Positions 43,687-52,381 of a stretch of 64,000 nucleotides of DNA are shown here, one piece after another. The notes under the pieces were generated by a model. It was not told where the DNA came from. It saw only the letters and a program-made list of their open reading frames with translations, and made no database searches. Made by a program: the position numbers and the translations under genes. Each line of letters begins with the position of its first letter. Within the stretch, counting starts at the first letter, position 1. This stretch comes from an uncultured Planctomycetales bacterium. Lineage in GTDB: Bacteria; Planctomycetota; UBA1135. The stretch is from contig CAYZXS010000021.1 of the NCBI GenBank assembly GCA_964482495.1, positions 658 through 64,657 of the forward strand, read 5' to 3'.

Positions 43687-45920
43687 AGCCCCTTCGCGGC
43701 CGCGTACTGGTCGATGATCCGCAGCGCGCGGTCCGCCGTCCGGAAGGTCGGCAAGCCGGCGTCTAGCAGCCGGCTCGCGAGCGGATCGAAGAGCTCCCCG
43801 GAGTCCACCACCGCGGCCCATGGTTTGGGACTCTCGGCCCAGAGCTGGCACAGCCCCCGCGCAACCGAGCCGTCGCGGTCGAGGTCCTCGTGGTGTTCGC
43901 CGGGCGCCAGGCTATTCATGGCAGCGGTCAACGGGACGCAGCCGATCAATCCGAGGGCGACTGCGGGGTCGGCCAGGACCGCCCCCGCGGCGTCCACGAA
44001 GGGTTGGTCGGCCATCATCGGCGTCGTGTCCAGGGGATTGTGGACCTCGACGATGCCGTCGAGGCGGCTGGCGGCGAACAGCTGCTCCAAGGCGCCGCGC
44101 GTGCCAGGAGCGAAGTCGGCCAACTCGAAGCCGCGCAGGTTGTCTGCCATGGCGACACACTCGAAGCCGGCGTTCGACAGCGCCCCGAGGCCGCGGCCGC
44201 GCAGAGGACGCCGGTCGAATGCGATCGCCACTTGGACAAGGTCCTCGAAGTCGGCCAGAGTGTCGGCGACGATCACCCCGGCCTGCGCGGCGAGCTGGCG
44301 AGTGACGACGAAGTCGCCAGCGACCGAGGCGGTGTGAGAGGCGCTGGCGCTCGCGCCCTCGGGGGTGCGCCCCGCCCGATAGAGCACGACGGTCCGCCCG
44401 CTGGCGGCGATCCGCTGCGCGGCCTGGAGGAAGCGGAGGCCGTCCAAGGGGCGATAGCCTTCGACGTAACAGGCGAAGACGCGGACCTCCGCGTCGGTCT
44501 CCAGGTGCTGGAGGTAGTCCCCTACCGTCAGGTCGAGTTGGTTCCCCGCGGTGACGATGTAGCGCGGATTCAGCCGCGAGAGCTTGCTCGCCCGGGCGAC
44601 GGCGAAGGCGCCGCTCTGGGAGATCAGCGCGACCGGCGCCTCTGGCCCTCGCGGCACGGGCAGCTTGTACCCAGGGATGAACAGGGTGTCGTAGGCCCCC
44701 GGCCGGGACCGGATCCCGAGGCAATTCGCGCCGTTGAGGACCGGCCCGCCCCACGGGGTCTCCCGCGAGGCCAGCAGCGGCGCACGCAGGCCGTCGACCA
44801 GCCTGGCGCTGTCGCTGTGCTCCCCGAGCCCCCCGGGGATGACGATCATGCTCTCTGCCCGATGTTCGCCGGCGACCTCGGCGACGAGCTCGGGCACCTG
44901 GGCGGCCGCCACCGCCAGGATCAAGAGGTCGGGCGGCTCGGGCAGAGAGGCCAGGTCCGGGTAGCAGCGGCATCCGAGCAGCTCCTCGCCGCGGGGCTTG
45001 ACGATCCACAACCGGTCCGGATCGAAGCCGGCGGCCAGGGTGTTGCGGACGATGATGTGGCCGGGGTTCGGCCGCTCCGACACGCCGAGGACGACGATGC
45101 TGGAGGGCCGGAGCAGGCGCCCGAGCGCCGCCGCCGGCCGCGCCGGCAGGGCGTCGGCGCGGGGCGGCGCCGTCTTCACGAGCACGTCGAGCGCCACGGG
45201 GCCGCCCGGGCCACGAACGAGCGGGTTGATCTCCAGCTCGGCCAATCCGGCGGCGGCGGGGCTCCCGGCGAAGGCCAACAGGCGTTGGACGAGGGCGACG
45301 AGCTCCTCCCGAGGCCACTGCGGTTCCTGGCCGCGCCAACGACAGGAGGCCAGCCGCGTCACTGCAGCGGCCTCGAGGGCGCGGGTGACCGCCTCCTCCG
45401 ATGCAAGGCTCGGGCTGAGGATCGCCAGGTCTTGGCCCTCCTCGACGACGTCGACGAGGAACTCGGCCGCGACGCCGCCGGGGCCGAGGCTGAGCACTGG
45501 ACCGAAGTCCTCGGTCCAGCGAAGCCCGACGAGGAGCTGGTCCCCGAAACCCGCCTGGTGCGGCACGTGCTCGCACAGCAGGAAACCGCTCACCCTGACC
45601 CCCTGGAATGCCTCCTCCATCTCGGCGATCGCCACGGCGACGGCCTCCGGCCGGGCTTCGACCACGGCGACGCCGCCGTGATCGCTCTTGTGCAGCACCT
45701 GCTCGGCCACCACCTTCAGGACCAGCCGGTCGCCGCCGAGGGCGCTCAGATCCGCTTCGGTGATCACCTCGCCGCGGCCCAAGAACCGGTGCCGAGGCGC
45801 GGCAACGCCGATGACTTCGAGGAGCTGGTAGCCCTCGTGCTCGAGCAGGGAGGCCCTGCCCTCTGCCCGAGCGCGCTCGATCAACTCCGCCGCGGAGTCC
45901 AGGCTCAAGAGGCCGCGCAC
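43683..45920 (-). CDS. ADP-forming acyl-CoA synthetase (acetate--CoA ligase family), beta-alpha fusion
   Basis: N-terminal ATP-grasp (LLEHEG, HKSDHGGV, EINPL), CoA-binding domain, GANCLG, SQSG, ASHTASVAG phospho-His. Confidence 0.9.
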   Translation of the reverse strand: MRGLLSLDSAAELIERARAEGRASLLEHEGYQLLEVIGVAAPRHRFLGRGEVITEADLSALGGDRLVLKVVAEQVLHKSDHGGVAVVEARPEAVAVAIAEMEEAFQGVRVSGFLLCEHVPHQAGFGDQLLVGLRWTEDFGPVLSLGPGGVAAEFLVDVVEEGQDLAILSPSLASEEAVTRALEAAAVTRLASCRWRGQEPQWPREELVALVQRLLAFAGSPAAAGLAELEINPLVRGPGGPVALDVLVKTAPPRADALPARPAAALGRLLRPSSIVVLGVSERPNPGHIIVRNTLAAGFDPDRLWIVKPRGEELLGCRCYPDLASLPEPPDLLILAVAAAQVPELVAEVAGEHRAESMIVIPGGLGEHSDSARLVDGLRAPLLASRETPWGGPVLNGANCLGIRSRPGAYDTLFIPGYKLPVPRGPEAPVALISQSGAFAVARASKLSRLNPRYIVTAGNQLDLTVGDYLQHLETDAEVRVFACYVEGYRPLDGLRFLQAAQRIAASGRTVVLYRAGRTPEGASASASHTASVAGDFVVTRQLAAQAGVIVADTLADFEDLVQVAIAFDRRPLRGRGLGALSNAGFECVAMADNLRGFELADFAPGTRGALEQLFAASRLDGIVEVHNPLDTTPMMADQPFVDAAGAVLADPAVALGLIGCVPLTAAMNSLAPGEHHEDLDRDGSVARGLCQLWAESPKPWAAVVDSGELFDPLASRLLDAGLPTFRTADRALRIIDQYAAAKGL

Positions 45921-46489
45921 GACAAGGAGGTCCTGCCGAGCCGGAAGGCCCGGAGGTTGACCTCGATGACCTTCTCGCCCTTGGCGTGGAAGAGCCGCTC
46001 GATCTGACGCTCGAGCTCCGCCGGCTCCAGGGGGAGGAAGTGCGAAGCGGCCCCGACCATGGCCATGTTGCTGGCGAGGATCGTGCCCGCCTCCTTGGCG
46101 AGGGCGTCGGCCTCCACCAGGCAGGTATGAGGCAGCTGCTCGATGCGGCTGACGATCTCCTCCTGCTCCGGGTAGTCGCTGATGTTCTCCACCCGCCCGG
46201 TGCTGGTGAGCATGGTGCCGGAGGAGGAAAGGAAGCCGAGATAGCGCAGGCCCTCCATGACCTCGAGGCTGAGGATCATGTCGGCGTCGCCGGCGGCGAT
46301 GATGTCGCTGTGGATCGGGCGGTCCGCCAGCCTCAGGTTGGCGAGCACGGCGCCGCCGCGCTGGGCCATGCCGTGGACCTCGGACTGCTTGACCGCGTAG
46401 CCGCTCTTCATGGCGGCCGAGGCGATGATCACGGCCATGGACAGCAAGCCCTGGCCGCCGACCCCCGCGAGCAGGATGTCGTACTTCAT
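45905..46489 (-). CDS. iorB: Indolepyruvate:ferredoxin oxidoreductase subunit beta
   Basis: ILLAGVGGQG, QSEVHGMAQRGGAV, NMAMVGA. Confidence 0.93.
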   Translation of the reverse strand: MKYDILLAGVGGQGLLSMAVIIASAAMKSGYAVKQSEVHGMAQRGGAVLANLRLADRPIHSDIIAAGDADMILSLEVMEGLRYLGFLSSSGTMLTSTGRVENISDYPEQEEIVSRIEQLPHTCLVEADALAKEAGTILASNMAMVGAASHFLPLEPAELERQIERLFHAKGEKVIEVNLRAFRLGRTSLSCAAS

Positions 46490-48144
46490 GCGTCGGTTCC
46501 TCCGGTGGCTCCCTTCTTCTCGTCGCGGCGGCGGCGCTTGGCGGTCTCGATGCACTCCCGGACGGCGATGACGACCGAGAGCCCGCGGTGATCGATCTCG
46601 CGGCGGAAGACCGCCGCCATGTCGTCGACCCGCTTCGGGTGGGCCTCCATCACGTGGAGGTGGTCGGGGTGGACCCCGAGCCCCAAGACCAGGGGCTCCA
46701 GCGCCGACGAGGGCAGGATGGTCGGCTGGCCCCCGGTCATGCCGACGGTGGAGTTGTCGAGGATCACGAGGACGATGTCGGCGTCGCTGGCTACTGCGTC
46801 CATCAGCGCCGTGACCCCGGAGTGGAGGAAGGTGCTGTCCCCGATCACCGCGAAGGCGGGGTGCATGCCGGCCTCCGCGGCGCCCTTGGCCATGCCGATC
46901 GAGGCGCCCATGCAGACGCAGGACTCGATGGCCGAGTAGGGCGGCAGCGCGCCGAGCGTGTAGCAGCCGATGTCCGAGGCCACCAAGGACTGCTCGAGGC
47001 CGTCGATCGCCTGGCGGATGGCGGCGTAGCTATCGGCGTGCGGGCATCCCTGGCACAGCTGCGGCGGCCGGTTTCGGACCGGCAGGTCGATGGATGAGAC
47101 CGTCTGCCGCCCAGGCAGGTCCAAGGCGCGACGGACGAAGTCCGGGTTGAGCTCGCCGTCTTGGGGCAAGTGGCCGGACAGCTTGCCCTCGATGCGGATG
47201 GTCTGCGGCAGCAGGCCGCGGAGGTAGCGCTCGAGGTAAGGGTTGCCCTCCTCCAGGACGAGCAGCTTGTCGACGTGGGCGGCGAGCTCCCGGATCCGCT
47301 CCACCGGCAGCGGGTAGGCCCCGATGTGCAGGTGCGAGGGCCGGTGGCGCAGGTCTTCCAGGTTCTCGTAGTAGTAGTTCCTGGCCAGGCCGGTGGTGAT
47401 GACGCCGAGCTCGTGCCGTTCGGGGTTGAGGACCAGCTGGTTGTTGGGAGATCCTTCGCTGTAGGAGAGCATCTCCGGCTGGCGGTCCAGCAGGTCCCGC
47501 CACTGCATCCGGGCGTAGGCGGGCAGCAGAGTCCAGCCACGGGTGTCGCGCGGCTTGCGCATCGGCTTCTCGGCCAGCGGCGGCTGGGGTCGCACCACGG
47601 CCCGGCTGTGCGCCAGCCGGGTCACCAGCCGGACCAGGACCGGGACGTGGAAGTGCTCCGACAGCTCGAAGGCCTCGCGGATCATCTCGTAGGCCTCCTG
47701 CTGGTTGGCGGGCTCCAGGCAGGGGATCCGGGCGAAGTCTGCGAAGTAGCGCGAGTCCTGCTCGTTCTGCGAGCTGTGCATGCCGGGGTCGTCGGCGACG
47801 CAGACCACGAGGCCGCCGTTGATCTGGACCACGGCGCCGTTCATGAAGGGGTCGGCGGCGACGTTCAGGCCGACGTGCTTCATGACCACCAGCGCGCGCC
47901 GGCCGACCATGGAGACGCCGAGCGCCTCCTCGAAGGCGGTCTTCTCGTTGGCGCACCAGGACGCCACCGGCTTGCCCGCCTGGTCAGAGAGCTTGATCAG
48001 ATACTCCAGGACCTCGGTCGAGGGCGTGCCCGGGTAGGCGTAGGCGGCGGTAATGCCGGCGTGCACCGCGCCCAGCGCGACGGCCTCGTCCCCGAGCAGC
48101 ACCTGCCGCAACGGTCCCCTCTTGACGGTTGTGCTTCCACTCAC
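46486..48144 (-). CDS. iorA: Indolepyruvate:ferredoxin oxidoreductase subunit alpha (short form)
   Basis: LLGDEAVA, AYPGTPSTE, NEKTAFE, MKHVGLNVAADP, RPPQLCQGCPH, SDIGCY, GDSTFLHSG. Confidence 0.95.
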   Translation of the reverse strand: MSGSTTVKRGPLRQVLLGDEAVALGAVHAGITAAYAYPGTPSTEVLEYLIKLSDQAGKPVASWCANEKTAFEEALGVSMVGRRALVVMKHVGLNVAADPFMNGAVVQINGGLVVCVADDPGMHSSQNEQDSRYFADFARIPCLEPANQQEAYEMIREAFELSEHFHVPVLVRLVTRLAHSRAVVRPQPPLAEKPMRKPRDTRGWTLLPAYARMQWRDLLDRQPEMLSYSEGSPNNQLVLNPERHELGVITTGLARNYYYENLEDLRHRPSHLHIGAYPLPVERIRELAAHVDKLLVLEEGNPYLERYLRGLLPQTIRIEGKLSGHLPQDGELNPDFVRRALDLPGRQTVSSIDLPVRNRPPQLCQGCPHADSYAAIRQAIDGLEQSLVASDIGCYTLGALPPYSAIESCVCMGASIGMAKGAAEAGMHPAFAVIGDSTFLHSGVTALMDAVASDADIVLVILDNSTVGMTGGQPTILPSSALEPLVLGLGVHPDHLHVMEAHPKRVDDMAAVFRREIDHRGLSVVIAVRECIETAKRRRRDEKKGATGGTDA

Positions 48145-48266
48145 ACCCGGGGGTTAAACCACCCCTCCAGGACTTGCCAGATCCGGCCCCAGCGGTCGAC
48201 GCGGATCCGGCGATTTCGCCGGGAGAATGCCCTCCGCAGGCCAACGGTGGGCAGCTTATTGCCCGG

Positions 48267-49514
48267 TCAGGCGGCCGCTGGAGGGCGGCTGGAGAGCATG
48301 ACGGCGATCGCCCAGGTCCGCTCCTGGCTCGCCAGGATGATCTGGGCCGAAGCGGTCAGCGGGACGGCGAGGAAGGCACCCACTACGCCCCAGAGGCTGC
48401 CCCAGAAGACCACCGAGATCACGATCACCAATGGAGACAGGTTCAGCTCCCGGCCGAGCACCTTGGGTTCGAGGAAGTTGCCGAGGATGAAGTTGATCGC
48501 CAGGTAGGCCACGACGATCACCGCGACCGTGCCCCACCCCTGGGTGGTGAGGGCGTAGACCGCGGGGAAGATCCCGGCCAGGATGCTGCCGAAGGTCGGG
48601 ATGAAATTCAGCAGGAAGGTCAGCAGGCCGAACAGGAGCGCGTACTGCACCCCGAGCACGACCAAGAGGATATAGGCAATGGCCCCGGTGAGGAGCGAGA
48701 CCAGGGTCTTGACGCTCAGGTAGCGCTGGATCCCGATGGCGATGGTGTCGAGGATCTCCGCGGCGTCGCCGCGCCGGCGGCCGGCGATCGCGAGGATCTT
48801 GCGCTTGAAGACCGCCTGCTCGGCGAAGATGAAGATCATGTAGACCATGACCAGGACGAGGCCGCGCGTGAAGCCGAGGCCACTGCCGAGCAGCGAGGTG
48901 GCCAGCTCCTGCGGGTCGATCTGATCCAGGCCGCTGGCGACCATGGTGGCGACGGTGTTGAGTTCCCCGGTCTCCTTGTCCCGGAGCACGACCTTGATGC
49001 CCTCGACCACGCCTGGCCAGCCAGGCGGCGGCTCTTCCGGACCGGTCGCGAGCTCCGCGCTCCCGCCCGGCGAAGCCGGCTGAGCTTGCGCGCCCGCCTC
49101 GCCCGGCTCCTGGCCGGAGCCCTCGCCTCCGGCGCCTTCAGAGCCTCCGACGGCTGCCTCGTCCTCTCCGGGGCCCCCTTCCGCCTGGTCACCGTCCTGG
49201 CCGGGGAGGTGAGGGAGGATTGGGTCCTTGGGGCCTTCGGCGCTGCTGGTGAGGATCCGCTCGAGGTTGGTCTGGAGCAGCATCCCGGCCTGCGCCAGGC
49301 CGATGAAGACGAGCACCGTGAGCAGCAGCACGGTCACCGGCGGCGGAATATGCCAGCGGGAAAGCCGCCTCACCACCGGCTGCAGGATGTTCGTCAGCAG
49401 CAGGGCGATCACGAGCGGCTGCAGGATCCCGGCACCGACGTGGAGCACCCACCCCATCAGAATCGTGGCCACGATCCCGAGGAGGACGGTCAAGCTGCGG
49501 CTGGCGGCCGGCAT
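48267..49514 (-). CDS. AI-2E family transporter with a long low-complexity loop
   Basis: ILQPLVIALL, RYLSVKTLVS, LNFIPTFGS, NFLEPKVLGRELNLSPL, GAFLAVPLT. Confidence 0.9.
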   Translation of the reverse strand: MPAASRSLTVLLGIVATILMGWVLHVGAGILQPLVIALLLTNILQPVVRRLSRWHIPPPVTVLLLTVLVFIGLAQAGMLLQTNLERILTSSAEGPKDPILPHLPGQDGDQAEGGPGEDEAAVGGSEGAGGEGSGQEPGEAGAQAQPASPGGSAELATGPEEPPPGWPGVVEGIKVVLRDKETGELNTVATMVASGLDQIDPQELATSLLGSGLGFTRGLVLVMVYMIFIFAEQAVFKRKILAIAGRRRGDAAEILDTIAIGIQRYLSVKTLVSLLTGAIAYILLVVLGVQYALLFGLLTFLLNFIPTFGSILAGIFPAVYALTTQGWGTVAVIVVAYLAINFILGNFLEPKVLGRELNLSPLVIVISVVFWGSLWGVVGAFLAVPLTASAQIILASQERTWAIAVMLSSRPPAAA

Positions 49515-49521
49515 CCGCTCC

Positions 49522-49581
49522 AGCCTACGCTCCCCCTGGCCTCGCGGGAATGGTCCGCGCGGCGACGATCGCCGCTAGCCT
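49522..49581. promoter_or_regulatory. Divergent pair of leaderless-type -10 elements
   Basis: TAGGCT (49527-49522, minus) 7 nt before the AI-2E ATG; TAGCCT (49576-81, plus) 6 nt before the sulfatase ATG. Confidence 0.55.
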
Positions 49582-49587
49582 GGGACC

Positions 49588-51063
49588 ATGGTCCTCCTGC
49601 TCTCGGCGCTGCTGTTCGCCAACTCGACCCTGTGCTCGCCGCAGGCGCCGCCCGCTCCCATGGCCGGTGCCCCGGACCACGACTCGGCGCCGCCGAACAT
49701 CGTCCTCATCCTCGCCGATGACCTCGGCTGGACCGACCTCGGCTGCCAGGGCAGCGGCTATTACCTCACGCCGGCGCTCGACGCCCTCGCCGAGGGCGGG
49801 ATGCGCTTCACTGACGCCTACGCCGCGGCGCCGAACTGCGCCCCGACCCGGGCGGCCTTGCTCAGCGGCCTGGCGGCGCCGCGGACGGGGGTCTATACCG
49901 TCGGCAACCCGGCCCGCGGCAAGGAGGAATTCCGGCGGCTGGTGCCGGCACCGAACCTGACGGAACTCGGCGGCGATTTCCTCACCTTCGCCGAGCGGCT
50001 GCAGCAGGCCGGCTATCAGACCGCCCACCTCGGCAAGTGGCACCTCGGCGCCGGACCGGGCACCGGCCCCGAAGCGCAGGGCTTCTCCTTCAACCTCGGC
50101 GGCGACCACCGCGGCCATCCGCCGAGCCACCACGCGCCCTATCGCCGCGGCCAGGCGCCACCGCCGCCCGGCCTCGAGGACGCGCCCGAGGGCGAATACC
50201 TCACCGACCGGTTGACCGAGGAGGCCGTGCGCTGGATCGAGGCCAACGCGGATCGCCCCTTCTTGCTCTATCTCCCCCACTTCGCGGTGCACACGCCGAT
50301 CCAGGCCCCGGCGGCGACCACGGAGCGCTACCGGGAGCGGCCGGCGGCCGGCGGTCATGACCACCCCGAGTACGCGGCGATGGTCGAACACCTCGACCGG
50401 TCCGTTGGCCGCATCCTCGACGCCCTCGACCGCTGCGGCCTCCGCCAGCGCACCCTGGTGATCTTCAGCTCCGACAACGGCGGCCTCGGCGGCTACCGAG
50501 CCGCCGGGATCGACGGCGGCGCCGAGATCACCGACAACGCGCCGCTGCGGGGCGGCAAAGGCATGCTGGAAGAGGGCGGCATCCGCGTGCCGCTGCTCAT
50601 CTCCTGGCCCGGAGTGATCGCGCCGGGCGCCGTCAGCGCTGAGCCGATCACGACCGTCGACCTCTACCCCACCCTCCTGGCGGCGGCGGGTCTGGAGCCG
50701 GCCATCGGGCAAGAGCTGGACGGCGTCGATCTGACGCCGCTCCTGCGCGGCGAGCGGCAGCGGCTCGCGGCGCGCGACCTGGTCTGGCACATGCCCGTCT
50801 ATCTCGAGGCGTCCGCCAAGCGGGGCAGTTGGCGCTGCACCCCGTCCGCGGCGATCCGGCGCGGACGCTGGAAGCTGATCGAGCGCTTCGAGACCGGCGA
50901 GGCCGAGCTCTACGATCTGCAGGAAGACATCGGCGAACAGCGGAACCTGGCCGGGAAGCACCAGCAGCTGACCGGCGAACTCCGCGCCGCCCTGGCGGAG
51001 TGGCGCCAGCGAACGGGCGCCGCCATGCCGACCCCGAAGCCGGCCGAGGAAGCGCTACGCTGA
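49588..51063 (+). CDS. Secreted Cys-type (formylglycine) sulfatase
   Basis: PNIVLILADDLG, CAPTRAALLSG, GKWHLG, SSDNGG, GKG.L.EGGIRVP. Confidence 0.95.
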   Translation: MVLLLSALLFANSTLCSPQAPPAPMAGAPDHDSAPPNIVLILADDLGWTDLGCQGSGYYLTPALDALAEGGMRFTDAYAAAPNCAPTRAALLSGLAAPRTGVYTVGNPARGKEEFRRLVPAPNLTELGGDFLTFAERLQQAGYQTAHLGKWHLGAGPGTGPEAQGFSFNLGGDHRGHPPSHHAPYRRGQAPPPPGLEDAPEGEYLTDRLTEEAVRWIEANADRPFLLYLPHFAVHTPIQAPAATTERYRERPAAGGHDHPEYAAMVEHLDRSVGRILDALDRCGLRQRTLVIFSSDNGGLGGYRAAGIDGGAEITDNAPLRGGKGMLEEGGIRVPLLISWPGVIAPGAVSAEPITTVDLYPTLLAAAGLEPAIGQELDGVDLTPLLRGERQRLAARDLVWHMPVYLEASAKRGSWRCTPSAAIRRGRWKLIERFETGEAELYDLQEDIGEQRNLAGKHQQLTGELRAALAEWRQRTGAAMPTPKPAEEALR

Positions 51064-51088
51064 GCCGCGGCCCTGCCGCCCACTGGAC

Positions 51089-52381
51089 ATGCTCCTCGCC
51101 AGCCTCACCCTGCTCCTCGCCCCCGCCGCGCCGCAAGACGCGCCCCTCGGCTTCACGCCGCTGTTCGACGGCGCCACCCTCGACGGCTGGCGCGGCCGCC
51201 CGCACCTCGCCCCCGGCGCCGAGGCCACCTGGACACCCGAAGAACGCGCCGCCAAGCAGGCCGAGTGGGACGCCGACGTCGCCCAGCACTGGCGGGCGGC
51301 GGAGGGCGAGATCATCAACGACGGCCACGGCGTCTTCCTGACCACCGCGAGAGACTACGGCGACTTCGAGCTGCTGCTCGAGTACCGCACCGTCGCCCAA
51401 GCCGACAGCGGCATCTACCTCAAGGCCACCCCGCAGGTCCAGATCTGGGACACCACCGAGGCTGGCGGCAAGTGGGACATCGGCGCCGACAAGGGCTCCG
51501 GCGGACTGTGGAACAACCAGCGCTACGCGCGCCACCCGCTGGTCCTGGCCGACCGCCCCTTCGGTGAATGGAACGCGGTCAGGATCCTGATGACCGGGGC
51601 GCGGGTCTCGGTGTGGCTGAACGGCCAGCTCACGGTGGACCACACGCCGCTCGAGAACTTCTGGGACCGGAGCCGCCCCCTGCCGGCGCGCGGCCCGATC
51701 CAGCTCCAGACCCACGGCGGCGAGATCCGCTTCCGCAAGCTCGCCATCCGCGAGCTGACCGCGGACGAGGCCAACGCCGTCCTGGCGGAGAACGGCGCCG
51801 ACGGCTTCCAGCCCGCCTTCAACGGCCGCGACTTCAGCGGCTGGGCGGGCCCGACCGACGACTACATGGTCGATGACGGCGCCCTGCAGTGCCGCCCCGG
51901 CCGCGGCGGCACCATCTACACCGTCGAGGAGTACGACGACTTCGCCGCCCGGATCCAGTTCCAGCTCCCCCCCGGCGGCAACAACGGCCTGGCGATCCGC
52001 TACCCGGGCGCGGGCGACACCGCCTACGTCGGCATGTGCGAGCTGCAGGTGCTGGACAACACCGCCGAGAAGTACGCCGGGCTGAAGCCCTACCAGTTCC
52101 ACGGCTCCGCCTACGGCATGGCGCCGGCGGCGCGCGGCTACCTGCGGCCGGTCGGCGAGTGGAACTTCCAAGAGGTCGTCGTCGAGGGCTCGACCGTGCG
52201 GGTGGAGCTCAACGGCAGCGTCATCACCGAGGCCGACCTCGGCGCCATCGAGGAGCCGATGAGCGGGCGGGAGCACCCCGGCCGGCGGCGGACGCGCGGC
52301 CACTTCGGCTTCGCCGGCCACAACGACCCGGTGCGCTTCCGCGACGTCGATCTCAAGCGCCTCGGCGCCGCGGCCGACTAG
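51089..52381 (+). CDS. Secreted protein with two DUF1080 (3-keto-disaccharide hydrolase) domains
   Basis: Two repeats LFDG/FNG..GW...DSG/NNG..GEWN...GPIQLQTH / GHFGFAGH..VRFR. Confidence 0.9.
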   Translation: MLLASLTLLLAPAAPQDAPLGFTPLFDGATLDGWRGRPHLAPGAEATWTPEERAAKQAEWDADVAQHWRAAEGEIINDGHGVFLTTARDYGDFELLLEYRTVAQADSGIYLKATPQVQIWDTTEAGGKWDIGADKGSGGLWNNQRYARHPLVLADRPFGEWNAVRILMTGARVSVWLNGQLTVDHTPLENFWDRSRPLPARGPIQLQTHGGEIRFRKLAIRELTADEANAVLAENGADGFQPAFNGRDFSGWAGPTDDYMVDDGALQCRPGRGGTIYTVEEYDDFAARIQFQLPPGGNNGLAIRYPGAGDTAYVGMCELQVLDNTAEKYAGLKPYQFHGSAYGMAPAARGYLRPVGEWNFQEVVVEGSTVRVELNGSVITEADLGAIEEPMSGREHPGRRRTRGHFGFAGHNDPVRFRDVDLKRLGAAAD

